64,000 nucleotides of DNA. Source: Cetorhinus maximus. Taxonomy: Eukaryota. Every line of letters begins with the position of its first letter. Positions within the stretch are counted from its first letter, which is position 1. The notes under the pieces are model-generated. The model was given only the letters and a program-made list of their open reading frames with translations. It was not told the DNA's origin and did no database searches. Positions 12,601-25,450 of the stretch are shown here, in pieces. The DNA lies in assembly GCF_964194155.1 (NCBI RefSeq), contig NC_135915.1, positions 2,046,001-2,110,000 of the forward strand. The letters are read 5' to 3'. The translations under genes and the position numbers were made by a program.

Positions 12601-13034
12601 CAGAGGATAATTATGTGGCTACCAGCAATGCAACAGAATGGATGCCATTATTTTGTCCGAATTCAATACTGATCAATGCCTTTTTACGATATTAAGAAAT
12701 CAATTATTGTTAGACCTGCACAAATACATGAACTAAATCTCACTAGTAGCTTTGTAACGACTTACAAATGAATATATACCAATATTAGAATGAAAAGTCC
12801 ACATTGTAGTGAAAATTGTCAGTTTCAACCGATTATGTCCAAGAACCGCTTTTCCAGCTGAAAGATTGCCCACCTCATGCGCTTGCATGTGTGAAATTGC
12901 TCCTTTCCAGAAAGAGAAGGGGTAAATCGTTCAGTCCTTAACAGGATGGATGCCTGGGGCAGTTCATGGACACTGAGAAAAATTGAGAACTTTGGAGATG
13001 GCCTTTTCATGAGCTCCATCTGGTACATCTATTA

Positions 13035-13260
13035 TCTCAGCCATCGCTCCAGTGGACTCTCCAGCAGTCCTTGCAAGACGTGTGTGGTCTCTCCAGCTAT
13101 AGTTACAACACCCGGGTGTTCTCTACCGCAGTCCTCACATCGCTTGAGTAGACTCTCCAGCAGTAGCCACATCGCTCGAGTAGTCTCTCCAGCAGTAGTA
13201 ACATCACTCGGATGAACACTCCAGCAGAAGTTACAACGCTGAGGTGAACTCTCCAGCGAT
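13035..13260. repeat. 32-bp minisatellite (cagcagtagttacatcgctcgggtggtctctc)
   Basis: About 7 degenerate units; paralogue at 56255-56600. Confidence 0.85.
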
Positions 13261-13534
13261 ATAGACCTGAAGCGTACCCCAGCATGTCGTTCTGCTAAGG
13301 TAACGCTTTGCAATCGAGGCGTGTGCGAAGAGCAAATGACAAGCATCCAGGGGAGGCTTTTCACACACAGTTCACAAGCCTTCTGGCAAATATCAATGCC
13401 TCACTGTGTGCACAACATTCTGGGTGCCATTGACCCAGCTTGGATATAAGCAGTGTGCTCATGATTAACCATGATTAGGAAAAGTAATGAGAATACTTAG
13501 GCCCGGCATGGAAAATCCAGACCTCTCTTTCAAG

Positions 13535-14780
13535 CACACACGCTCAGATACACAAACAAAAACTCACAGAATTATTCACACACACACACACACACAGAGA
13601 CACACACACGCACATACACATATGCACACACACACGGGCAGACACTCACCGACACTCTGTAAACCACGTTTTTTTTCTCACACATGCAGGCATTCACTCA
13701 CACTTTCACACACATTCACACAATCACTCACACACATAATTTCACACACACTGGCTCAGTCGCACAGACAACCTCTGTTAGAAACTCACACAAACACAGT
13801 TTCACACACACACTCCCAACATCAAATACTCAGTCAATATCACACTGTCACAGTGCCACATTTTCCCTCTCTCTGTAACACACCCACTTTCACTCACACG
13901 GACTCAAGCTCACTTGCGTGCAGACACACACCAACATGCACAGACATAGGTTCTTTCACGCATTCCCAATACCATTCACTCATTGACTCACAAACTGTGA
14001 TCCCCTCACCCTCTATCTCTCATAAACGCACCCACACACACAAAGACACACACACACAGACAGATTCACACACTCACTCACATAACCTCACAAACGATCT
14101 CAGCTCTCACATTCTCACATTTGTACACACGCATATACTGTCACTATCACTCACAAACTATGACAGACAAACACGCTTGTGCATTAACAGAAACTCACAA
14201 ACATACATTCTGACACACTCTCCCTCTCTCACACCCTAATCCCGCGCACATTGAAGCACTCTCTCAAACACTGTCAATGTCGCACACACGCCCCTCATTT
14301 CCCCAACCCCGCACAAACACTCACAAAATAAAGCACCCTCTCATAAAATTACAAACTCACTTTCACTAACTCACAATCATAGACACACTTACACACACTA
14401 TCAACACACACATGCACTCTCTCACACACACGGAGACAAAAATACATCCTGAATCATAAATGTGCAAAGTCACAATCACACTGACTCACACATTCTCCCC
14501 CATACACACTGCCTCAATGCTGTCCTCTACTTCTGTCCGACACACACACACACTGACATTTTCTCAGACACAATGTTATATATTCGCATGGTGCCATCAC
14601 AAACACACACACACAGTTACAGACTTGTGCATTCTCACCCAATATGTGTGTATGTGTGTGAGTATGAGTGTGTGCGTGAATGTGTGTGTTTTTGTTTTTG
14701 TGTGTGGAAGTTTAGAGTGGGTTTATAACTTGAGTGTGTGAGAGTGAGTTTTCTTGTGTGTTTGCCCGTGAGGAAGAGTG
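13535..14780. repeat. (CA)n-rich tract followed by a short (GT)n tract
   Basis: Seen directly in the sequence; the His/Thr ORFs are artefacts. Confidence 0.9.
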
Positions 14781-15579
14781 TTTTGGGCTAGAAGTTCAAC
14801 AGTGTTCTTGTTGAATCGCGGACAGGCTGCAATGACTGAACGATCTCTGCATTGTCGCAATTATTTAATTCATTAATCACCGTCAGGCAATCTGCTTGAC
14901 CAAATTGGTGATAGAGCAGTGGCTGTCCCTGTTCCCACAATGCCCCGCGGATCAGAAAGCCCTCTTTCAGTGACACTCCAATCTCGGAAGGTGAACCAAT
15001 CGGACATGCGCAACACTCTTGCCAGCTGAGCAAGTTGTCGCATTTCATTTTTCCTTTCATTATTATTATTATTATTATTATAACTATAATGTACCTTCTC
15101 GACGGGTCGGAGCTCCACTTCGTTCTATACCCTGAAGAGTGGCTTCTCCCGTTCGCATTGACCATTTAAAAAGGCTTGCTGCAATGAAGCAGTGACGTCA
15201 CGGGATCATGGCTGGCGATCTGTGGGCAGAGTTCGACAAAGAGGAGCGGACGGCCAGTGTGAGGGCAAGAGATAACACTGGGAGGACCAGAGAGACACTG
15301 TACGGCCAGGCGAAAGATACAACGGTCCCTAATGGGTAGGAGGTGAAATAGCAGCAAGCGCAGTCACTCTCCCCAAAGGCCAGTTCAGTTGTTCGAGGTC
15401 CTGGGAATGTCTTCAAATATGAACTTCAACTTCTAAAACCATCAACAAATAGAAACATTCACCCTGCACGGCGGTATTTCTTTCCATCTCCGACATGATA
15501 TCCCACCTTTCCATTCAGCTATAATGTGAGATAGTCTAAATCATCTTCTGTTGAAACGTTTCGGAGAACAATAGGTCTT

Positions 15580-16605
15580 AAGAACATTAGAAATAGGAGC
15601 AGCAGAAGGATATTAGGACCCTTGAGCCTGTTCGCCATTTAATAAGATCATTGCTGATCAGATTGTTTCCTTAACTTCAATCATTTGCTGCACTTCCCTG
15701 GCCCCAACCCCCTGCCCTCCCCTCCCCCCGCCCAATAACCATTCACTCCATTGACGATGAAATCTCTGCTGAACTCAGATTTGAATATAATTAATAGCCG
15801 AGCTTCCACTGCTCACCTGGGTTGGGAATTGACGAGTCTCTGAGGGAAGGGATTCCTCTTCGTCTCCGCATTAAATCGCTGACTAATGTTCTTAAACTGT
15901 GTCTCTAGTTCCGGATTCTGGATCAATGGGGAACATCCTCTCAGCAGCCACCCTTTCAAAGTCTTTCGGAATCTTACTTGTTACAAGATGACTCAGAACT
16001 CCAAAAGATATCATCTCAACTTGCTGATAATTCTCTCAGAAGGCAACACCTTCATCCCTGGAATGCATTGCTCTGAACTTCCTGCCGCGCTCTTTAAGCC
16101 CTCCTGAAGTAATGAGACCAAATTGAATTGTAAGGTTTTGACGAGAATGTATTCAATGATGAGGAGCTTCAGTTACGTTGATACAATGGAGGAGCTGGGG
16201 TTGTTCTTGGAGAAGAGAAGCTTGCAAGATTAAGTAGATGTGTTCAGAGTCATGATGGATCGAGAAACAGTAGATAGATTTTCCTCACGTTGGCAGAATG
16301 GCCGAGAATGAGCTGACATTGGGTAAATTTGTTTGGAAAATGAAGCACAGGCGACATGAGGAAAAAAACATTTTACACCGTTATGAGATGTGTTCTGGAA
16401 CGCACCGTCTGAGAAAGAGTTGGAACAAGGCTTGATCATGATTTCTGCGAGGAAATTGGACGGCAAACTGAAAGGAATTTTGTTTTTACCGGGTTACGGG
16501 AAAAGTGTGGACGAGTGGGAATAGTGACATTGCTCCTGCAGGTTACTGTCACTGATGGATGAGCTGAATGGCCTCCTCCTGGACTGAAACCGGTCTATGA
16601 TTCAC
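15580..16605. mobile_element. Two old CR1 3' fragments (15580-16125 on -, 16140-16605 on +)
   Basis: CR1-type 3' UTR at 15580 (aagaacattagaaataggagcag) and a + strand RT end finishing in gctgaatggcctcctcct. Confidence 0.65.
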
Positions 16606-16609
16606 ACAA

Positions 16610-18460
16610 CGAGCTGGTTATCAGTTATGTTCGCTGCTTCATTGCATCCTCCGTTTAAGTTTGATTTCCGCTGGAACACAGCCAAGCTTACTTTCAGGGT
16701 AAACGATAGATGAAGGAATTTGTACCGTCCTAAGGATGTGATGAATTATCTCAGATGTGATGATTCCTCAAAAGCTTCACGTTTCAGTTGCCATTTCTGG
16801 TATCGATCTTGCTGAAAGCTTTTGCCCCTGCCAGTTCTGGCATGGTCTCTAGCTTTGTTGGAATAATATAGAGACTCCCCATTATTGTCTGATTTAGGTC
16901 TTTGCGATCCAGACAAGTTCTTCGCCGTCCATTTGGCTTCTTTCTCACGGCTTTGGAACTTACGAATCTCTAGGCACCGGGACTTGGGTAATTATTTCCC
17001 CCTCTCTATACCTTGGAGCTCACTTTCAAGTTTTCCTCTTACTTCCGCTGGCATTTTGCAAGGGGTATGAAGCAATGATCTTCCTTGCATCAATCATCAT
17101 GTGTTTAACAAATTCTTCAGAGCATTCACTTATCTTATCTAAACATTGTGGGTGCAATTCGGGCCAGGTCTTTATTTCCTCTGCTTGGAGGACGCTTTTC
17201 AGTCAATGTATTATTGTCAATCCTCAGGAGCATTTCATTTAACACGTTGTTTCCAACAATGAGGTGCAGATTTTCGCAATTGCTCAACCCCCGGATAGAA
17301 GGGTCATCTGTTTCAGTGACATAGAATATTCAGTTAACGCCATTTCCTTTGCGTCCCTTTGACTTGGCTCGTTCCCAGAATTCAATTTCGGTTCGGCCTT
17401 AAGGCGTAAGCATAAGGCTGCTGGGTTTCAATGCATCTTCCTCCGAGTGACCATTCCCTTCCACACTTTCGGAACTTTCTCCTGGTTTTAGTCTGAAAGG
17501 TTTGATTTTTCTCTGTGCTATGGTGTTAAGGTTTGGATGAATGCTTGTGAACTTATTTCTCACCTCTTCCACATCTGAATTATTGTACAGATTTGTTTCC
17601 TAAGGGACAAGTGACGTCTACACATTGTATACAAGTGTCTAGTTGCTATGTCTATAGTTCTGACAATCTCATCGCCATTCAAAACCAAAGAAGGTTTTGG
17701 TTTCTTTTCTTTCTCATTCGCCATGTTCGTCTTCCTCTGATAATTCATGTTCCGTCTTCGTTCTGTTTAGCTGTGAATCTTTTCCCAGTGATTGTGTTTA
17801 ATACTAGCTCTGGCCTTTGAAATGCATGTGGCAGAAAAACTTAAGTCAGTGAAGAAATGTGAGTATTTAGTATTTTTGTGTGTTAGATTATCTCCCTTTC
17901 TCTAGCGTGCATTCATTAGTCACTGGTTCAATGCAACTGCCCTGTTTCCTTTACCTTGAATGAACTGAAGTCCAGAAATGTGAGCTTGCAGCAGCGTCGT
18001 CTCACTATTCCTGGCTTCATTTACATGGTTTGCTCCATTGCCTAGGGTATTATGAGCTGCACTTTTCTAATTAAAACTGTAGATTCGAGCTGAATTTCTG
18101 AAAAAAAAAATCTTGCCTGCGTTTTACTGTCACCCTCACTCATTTCCCATCTACTGAAAATATCTAATTCTTTGCCCCCATATCCGCACAATGCGATGTG
18201 ACCTTTTCTCCATTGCTAGTATCATTCAGACAGCTACAGAATGTTAACTTACCCTGATGCTTAAGTTTCTGGATGACCCAAACAACACTATTGGCCTCCA
18301 AATTCATCATAATCTGGAGGTCTGCATTAACTGCTGCAGGGACGACCATATTTTTGAACGATGAACAGTTTGTTTGGGCGTCAATTCAGTGCCATTTTCA
18401 AATATGTTTCAGCATTTATAACATTCCCACCTTTTGAGTTCCATCAACAGCACTTGGTGT
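16610..18460 (-). mobile_element. Decayed Ty3/Gypsy gag-pol fragment
   Basis: Manual - strand translation gives KKPNGRRRTCLDRKDLNQTI...IPT..ETMPELAGAKAFSKIDTRNG...GRYKFLHLSF (RT). A gag-like MNLEANSVV...KLKHQGKLTF.S.LND.SNGEKV lies at 18164-18349. Confidence 0.8.
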
Positions 18461-18539
18461 AACAATCTTATGCTGTCGGTCCTCGCGCCGCAAATTACAT
18501 CACACTTTTGGCACACATTCTGAAGTTTGCATTATCTTT

Positions 18540-19900
18540 ATTGTTTGAAATCTCCTCATGTGTGTCGGAATGGTACACTCTGTGTATAATGCAATAGTGA
18601 GTGATGTAGCATTATAGTTATCTGGTAGATGGTAAAGGAAATAATATTGCTTCCACGCATCACTCCATTATGGAATGATATAATATTGTTTATTTTCATA
18701 AGAATGAGTTTGACATTCAGATAGATAATGTTAAAGGCACCTTCATTCCTTTGCTGTGGGTAACAAACTTTCAATGTCCCACCAGTCCTTGTTTTACCCC
18801 CAGTAGGGGACAAAATTGCTCCGCTTTTAAATGTCCAACAGTGACAGGGAATATGAAGAAAATAACCCAGGAATTTACTCAGATAATGAGCCTAAAAAAC
18901 ACTTTAACTCATGCCCAGAGCACTGCAGTAATTGGACATCACCATTGAATTTCATCAGGAGCGGGAGCTATTGGAGTACATGTACCAAATTATCGAGACT
19001 GAAACAACAGAGCTGCTGCAGACTTCTCTTACACTGTGAGCAATCAATAGCTTGTCAGCATCTTGTCCATGTAATTCCACACATAAATGAAGCTAGCAAA
19101 TGCCTTTTTTTGACAGCTGCCTGAAGAGCTTCTTTCCGATTCCTTTCTGTGCACCACAACTGTGACGATTCGAGGACACAAAAAAAACCCAAAAGGAGAG
19201 AAATTCTTTATACTGAAAGCGCAGTAGCTTGTTGCGATGGTCAAAAAAGGTTTTGCTTCAGAACCTGCCCCTTGAGGACTACCAGGCCGAGTATCATAAA
19301 GCTGTAGGGAGGTGGACAATATCAGGCAGTTGTTTCAAAAGTGCGATTGCAGCAGGCATGACCATTCAGCTACTGAGATTCAGCTGTTTGCCGCTGGAAT
19401 TATAACGGGCCCGAAAGCTTCCCAGTCTTTAGCTCGTCAGCCACAATGCGCCCATTCCTTTCTTCCCATATGCAGGGGACAGTTCACACTTCATGCTGAA
19501 GGTGCTGGCATGTTATGAAGGATTGAGCCTAGAAGCACAAAATAAGCAGGGAGAAATTAAGAAATGGGTGGTCCGAGTACTGATGAACACAAACAGCTCT
19601 GTCATCTTTCAAATATGCTCCAAGCTCACACAACCCAAACCCAAGCAGTTGACACATTACCAGTTGATCCTTAAAATCTGCAAAGGCCAGGTTAACCAAG
19701 CACCCAATGAATTGGCCCTGAGCAGGAATTTGTTGCAGATCCTGCTGAAATCACACTGCCGGGTGTGAAGTAACTGTTATCTGGCCCGTGCTTTCAATGT
19801 AGTGAACATGTTGGTCAACACCGCCCAGCATCGCCTGATACCCAGTTTACTGAATGTATTGCAATGTTTGGGGGCTTTACTTGATACTTGTTTATAGAGT
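18540..19900 (+). pseudogene. Intronless maestro HEAT-like repeat (MROH1/MROH2-like) relic
   Basis: The + frames give VKGTFILCCG.QTFNVPPVLVLPPVGDKI, FHQERELLEYMYQIIETE, DSCLKSFFPIP, KVLLQNLPLEDYQ, PQCAHSFLPICR and CYEGLSLEAQNKQ...NSSVIFQICSKL. These are collinear with recalled MROH1 segments (VKSALILCYGHVAARAPRELVLAKVESDI; FTRKAELVAQMMEFIRAE; PRCADLWPATRQ; GYEGFS). Many stops and frameshifts. Confidence 0.7.
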
Positions 19901-21849
19901 GATCCACTACTGTGGATAAATAGTGTATCCCCGCACTGTCATTCATAATAATGACCACGTTGATCACTTACATTTGGGGACATGAGAGGTTATTGCAAAC
20001 AATAATTTCTGTCCCCACTTCTACGACAGATTACGCAGTGGAAAAGGTGGTGCTTGATGAAGAGGACCCAGGTTCCAAGCCAGGTTCATTATGACAACCA
20101 TGCAAAGCCTCAATTGCGGTGGTGGTTTGGCATGTAGCCTTTGAAGGTCGTAAGATGGAAGTTCCTGCAAAGCAGGTGTAGGAGACATGTTATTGTAACT
20201 GGATTTAATGTTGGAGTTGAAGAGAAGGCAAAAAGAGGGCTCCAGAGGGACGGACTGATGGAGTGGAACCGTGTGAGGTGGTTATGGATCTTTTGACAAG
20301 TGAAAGAGTTCATTGTGGCTTTTTAGCACGGAGGTTATGGTCCTGTGGGAAGGCCATACCTTTGGATATACAAGAGGCCTTCCGGATGGGCTCAATAATT
20401 GCTCAAATACTTAATGACATAGGAGACACGATGGAAATCTGTCTAGAGGTCTGTGTGCCCCTTGGCTCGAGAATGAACCGACAGTGAGTTAGGAACACCT
20501 GCAGGTTTGGCCTCGTACATGCTTCCCAACCACATTCCAGGGACATGAAGGAAGAGTACATACCAGCCACTGACAACTAGGCACTCACTGAAGACAATAA
20601 TTTACCCGCTGCAGTCATCAAATAATTCTCTCCTAGAAAAGGGAGATCTACCCTGAATAAGATGGGCGAGGACAACTCTGGCCTCTTACTCCCGCTAACC
20701 CACTAGCAACCCCTCCACTCCCCCTAACACCAATCTCTCTGTTAGTGTGAGAAAGAACATCATCAACACTGCTCTATTTGTCTAGGATTAAAGGGAACAC
20801 ATTGGCAGCCACTCCCCCATTGCCCCACCATAGATATCACTTTAAAGGATTTCATTCACCGACCACATGCTAATAGACAAATTGCCTTCGTAATGGCTTC
20901 GGAAGTGTCTCAAAGTTTGAGACGTCCCCAAGCATCCGGGAAGCTCCCGGTGCGGGAGTGAACGAACACAGGAATGCCTCCCCAGGTTGCCTGGCACACG
21001 CTAAACCAGATGAGGTCCATTTCTTTGTGCTGCTGGGTAATGGGCTACATTCAAGCTGAGAGCAGTTAAAGACAGGCGTCAAAACACAGATGCTTGTATG
21101 TAAGAACGTCCTCCAATAAATTACTGGGACTTGCCATGAAGACTCGTGACATTTCCACCAGTGGAGAAGTGGGATGGGATGAGGTAGAAGAGACTTATGA
21201 AGTGAGCCAGGCTGATCAAAGGTAAGGTGGCTTTTCAAGCACATGTGGGGTGGTGGGTGATCGAATCTCCTGCTCTAATTGCAGTTCAGATGGAGGAAGG
21301 TGATTCACCGCTCAGCAACACGGAGGCATTCATGACACGTAGGGAGTTCCCAATTTAAACCCGTGAAAAAATATCCCTGCAAGAAAAGGGGGGGAAACGC
21401 TGAAAATGGTTGAAATTGAGCCCACCTACTTTGGAAGCAGAGATAAAGTCTTCTATCATCACTAATTTGACACCATTTCTGACAAAATGGACGGTTAATA
21501 TACACTGAAAATCAATCCACCAGCTCAAGTGTCTTGTGGGGATTTCCATTCGCCTTTTGCACTCTCATACACAAGCTTTATACCAGATGACATCGAATGA
21601 TCCACAGTAAACCTCTGACATAACAGATAAGGCAGCAATGTACCCGAAGATCTCATCACATCCTGGTGTGGGAGTGAAGTAACAAGAGCGCTGAATGTGT
21701 GGCACAGGTAAAGCCAGATTCTTCCGTTTTGTTGGTGCTGTTGGACGGCCGGGGGTGGAGCGGTGAGCTAGGATATGACTGCAGCCAATCCAAGAACAAC
21801 CAAAGCCTGTCATCCACTTTCGGATGCCTCCCAGCTTTTTGACTATAGA

Positions 21850-23922
21850 TAAAAGCAAAATACTTTGGATGGTGGAAATCTGAAACAGAAACAAAAATAG
21901 CTGGATGAACTCAGAAGGTCAGAGTGCATCTGTGGAGAGGAACCCAGTTGATGTTTCGAGACTGTATGACTCTTCATCAGAACTAAGGAAGTAGAAAATT
22001 GTGGTGAAATATAAGCTGTTAGAAGGGGGTGGGACTGGCACAGCTGGATAGAGGGCCAGTGATAAGTGGAGGTAAAGAAGCGAGTGGCAAAGGTGTCATA
22101 CACAAAAGAACAAAGCTGTGTTGACGGTGGTGGTATTATGTAAGAAATGGGGACATGAAGGGCAGCAAGCAGGAGAAGCAAGTGGCAGATGGCCCTAGTT
22201 GGGTGGGGTGGGGGAAGGGATCGAAATGGGCCAAAAGGTGGATATAAAAAAATTGAGGCAAATAAATTTAGGAATAGCTGGGAAAAGAATAATATTTTTT
22301 TAAAATATATAAATAAGTGGAAAAAAAAGGGGATCGGAAAGTTGGTGGGGATGGAGGAGAGATTTGATGATCTGAACTTGTTAAACTCAATATTAAGTCT
22401 GGATGGCTGTAATGTGCCTGGTCGGAAGACAAGGTGCTGTTCCTCCAGTTTGCGTTAAGCTTTAGTGGAAGATTGCAGCCAGCATTGAACGGGCATGTGG
22501 GCATGAGAGCAGGGTGGTGTGTTGAAATGGCAAGCGACAGGGAGGTCTGGGTCATGCTTGCAGTCAGGCCGAAGGTGTTCTGCAAAGCGAACGCCTAGTC
22601 TGCGTTTGGACTCTCCAATGCAGAGGAGTCCACATTGGGAGCAGTGAATTCATTAGACTAATTTGAGGGAAGTGCAATTGAAGTGCTGGTTCACTTGAAA
22701 GGACTATTTGAGTCCTTGGGTGGTGATGAGGGTGGAACTAAAGGGGCAGGTGTCGGTTGCATGGGAAGGTGCCATGGGAGGGGGTTGAGGTGTAGATGGT
22801 GATGGAGGAGTGGTCCAGCGTGCCCCAGAGGGAACGATCCCTGCGAAATGCCGCCAGAGGTGTTGAAGGGAAGTGATGTTTTGGGGTCGTATCATGTTGG
22901 AGTTTGTGGAAATGACGGAGGATGATCCTTTGAATGTGGAGGCTGATGGAGTGATAGGTGAGGACAAGGAGGGCCCTATCATGCTTCTGGGATGGAGAGG
23001 ATGTTGCTAGGCTGATGCGCGGGAGATGGGCCATACACGACTGAGGGCCCTGACAATCACCGTGTTTGGAAAACCTCCGTTAAGGAAGAAGCAAGACATG
23101 CCAGTGGAACTGTTTTGAATACTAGCATCATCAGAACAGATGTGACGGAGGCGAAGGAACTGAGAGAAGGATGGAGTCCTCACAGGAATAGGGGTTTGTG
23201 GAACTATTGTTGAGGTAGCTGTGGGAGTCGGTAGGCTTGCAATGAATATTGGTGCAGAGTCTATCACCAGAAATTGATACAGAGAGGCCAAGGAAGGGAA
23301 GGGAAGCACAATTGATGGATCACGTCAAAATGATGGAGGAGTGGAAATTGGAAGCAAAATTAATATTTTTTTTCCAGTTCGAAACGAGAGCATGAAGCGG
23401 CACTGAAGCAGTCATCAATGTACCGGAGATAGAGTTGTGGGAGAGGGACTGACTAGGACTGGAACAAGGAATGCTCCACATACCACATAAAGTGACAGGC
23501 ATATCTGGGGCCCATGCCAATACCAATAGCCACCCATACGCATCACTTTAATTCGGAGGTAGTGAGACGAGTTTAAGGAGAATGTATTCTGTGGAAGAAC
23601 AAATTCAGCCAGACCGAGGAGAGTAATGGTGAATGGGGGTTGTTCGGGGCTCTGTTCAAGGAACAAGCGGAGAGCCCTCAGACCATCCCGGTGGCGGATG
23701 GAGGTGTAGAGGGATTGGAAGTCCATGGAGACGAGGAGGCGGTTGTGGTCTGGGAACTGGGAATTGTTGTTATGGTGTCGTGCATGGGAGGAATCGCGGA
23801 TGAAGATGAGAAGAGACTGGACAAGGCAAGAGACAATGGAATCAAGAGAGCAAGAAATGAGTTCTGTGATGCAGGAACAGGCTGACACGATCGGTCTGCC
23901 GGGACAGTTCTAATTGTGGACT
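21850..23922 (-). mobile_element. Penelope-like element (RT + GIY-YIG, terminal repeat)
   Basis: LDSIVS.LVQSL..FIRDSS...MDFQSLYTSI.H.DGLRAL (Penelope RT), SQFLRLRHICSDD, and a GIY-YIG-like CSQCGLLCIGESKRRLG.RFAEHL near 22570-22640. Confidence 0.88.
21945..21985 (-). ncRNA. Penelope-associated minimal hammerhead ribozyme core
   Basis: The - strand reads CTGATGA-a-gagtcatacagtctc-GAAAc (CUGANGA...GAAA with a short stem II), at the Penelope terminus. Confidence 0.55.
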
Positions 23923-24207
23923 GACCTCATCTCCTCTGGAGATCTTCCCTCCACAGCTTCCAACCTCACTGTCTTCCAAACTCGGACGGCCCACTTCTAC
24001 CTCCAACCCACAATCCACAAAATAGACTGTCCCAGCAGACCGATCGTGTCACCCTGATCCTGCCCCACGGAACTCATTTCTTGCTATCTTGACTCCATTC
24101 TCTCTTCCCTTGTCCTGTTTCTTCCCACCTACATCCGCGATTCCTCTCAATCCCTGCATCATATCAACAATTTCCAGTTCCCTGGCCCCGACCGCTTTCT
24201 CTTCACC
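23923..24207 (+). mobile_element. Penelope RT fragment in opposite orientation
   Basis: The + strand reads DLISSGDLPSTASNL...RTAHFYL.PTIHK.DCPSRPIVS...ELISCYLDSILS. Confidence 0.8.
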
Positions 24208-24209
24208 TT

Positions 24210-25450
24210 CTTGACTATTCTCCCATGCAAAACGTTGTTAAAAGCCTTAGAGAAGTCAATGTAGAATGCATCAGCTGCACGACCCCCATCTACACAATCT
24301 GGCAACTCCTTGAAAAACTCAATCATTTTTTTTAGACATGATCTCCCCCAGACAACACCACTCTGACTATCCCTGAAGAACCCTTCCCTCTTCAAGTGGA
24401 TAGCAATCCTGTCCCTCAGAATATTTTGCAATATTATCCCCGCCACTGATGCCAGACTTACTGCAGGACAATTACCTGCTTTATTGCTTGAACCCTACTA
24501 CCCTCCTTGAATATACTTACCATATACATTGTCCTACAATCCTCTGGCACCTCTGCTGTGGCTATAGAATTTGGAAATTAGTCTCAGTGCATATGCAACT
24601 TCCTTCCTTAACTCGGATAACAGCCTGGGATGCATCTCAACTGGGCCCGTGAATTTATCCACTTTTAAGCTAAAACCGCTAATAGCTCGTCCCTATCCAA
24701 GCCAATGTGTTCAATTATACCACACCCCCCTCCCTGATTTCTACATCGACTTTGTCCTTCTCCACAGTGATTACAGATGAAAACTAAGGAATTATAAACT
24801 CATCCAGGTCCTTCGGCTACAAGTACAAATTGCCATCTCGGTCCCAAATGGATTTGAAGCTTCCCGTGGTTACCCTAAAGCCCTTGATATATTTACAAAA
24901 TGCCTTGTGAGTTCCCTATCCCTTGCTGCCTACTCGCCCTCCTAATTACTTTTTAACTATCCCCCCCAATTTCTGTACTCCTCTAAGGCTTCCTTTGTTT
25001 TCAGACCTCTGTCTCTGACATAAGCCTCTTTTATATTTCTTATCAAGTCCTCAATAACCCTGGATGTGCAGGGTACCCTGGACTTGCAGGTCCTAACATT
25101 CCCCTTTACGGGAATATGTTGCCCCTGAACTCTATTTCTTTTTTTAATGACCCCCAATGGTTGGGTATTGACTTTCCAACAAACAGCTGCTCCTTATACA
25201 GGTTGGCCGGAGCCTGACTTATCATACTGAACATACATGACCTTTTTTTCCGGTCCAGCTTTGTCCTTTTGCATAACTACCTGAAAGCACACAGGGTTAT
25301 GGTACCTGTTGTCGAAATGATCCCCGACTAACTCCTACCAGTTGCATGGCTTCCTTTCCGTAGATTAGTCCAGTACTTCCACCTCTCTTGTAGGACTTTA
25401 TGCTTGAAAGCTCAAAAAGCTCTCCCACATGCACTTTAAGATCTCTGTTG
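24210..25450 (-). mobile_element. Decayed CR1 ORF2 fragment
   Basis: ILRDRIAIHL...DSQSG.V.GRSCL..MIEFF...YIDFSKAFNNV.HGR on the - strand. Confidence 0.8.

Noticed and set aside
13487-14741. His/Thr-rich and Cys/Val-rich ORFs (also 9240-10207, 53456-54289, 57156-58374)
   Set aside because: Translations of CA/GT microsatellite-like DNA.
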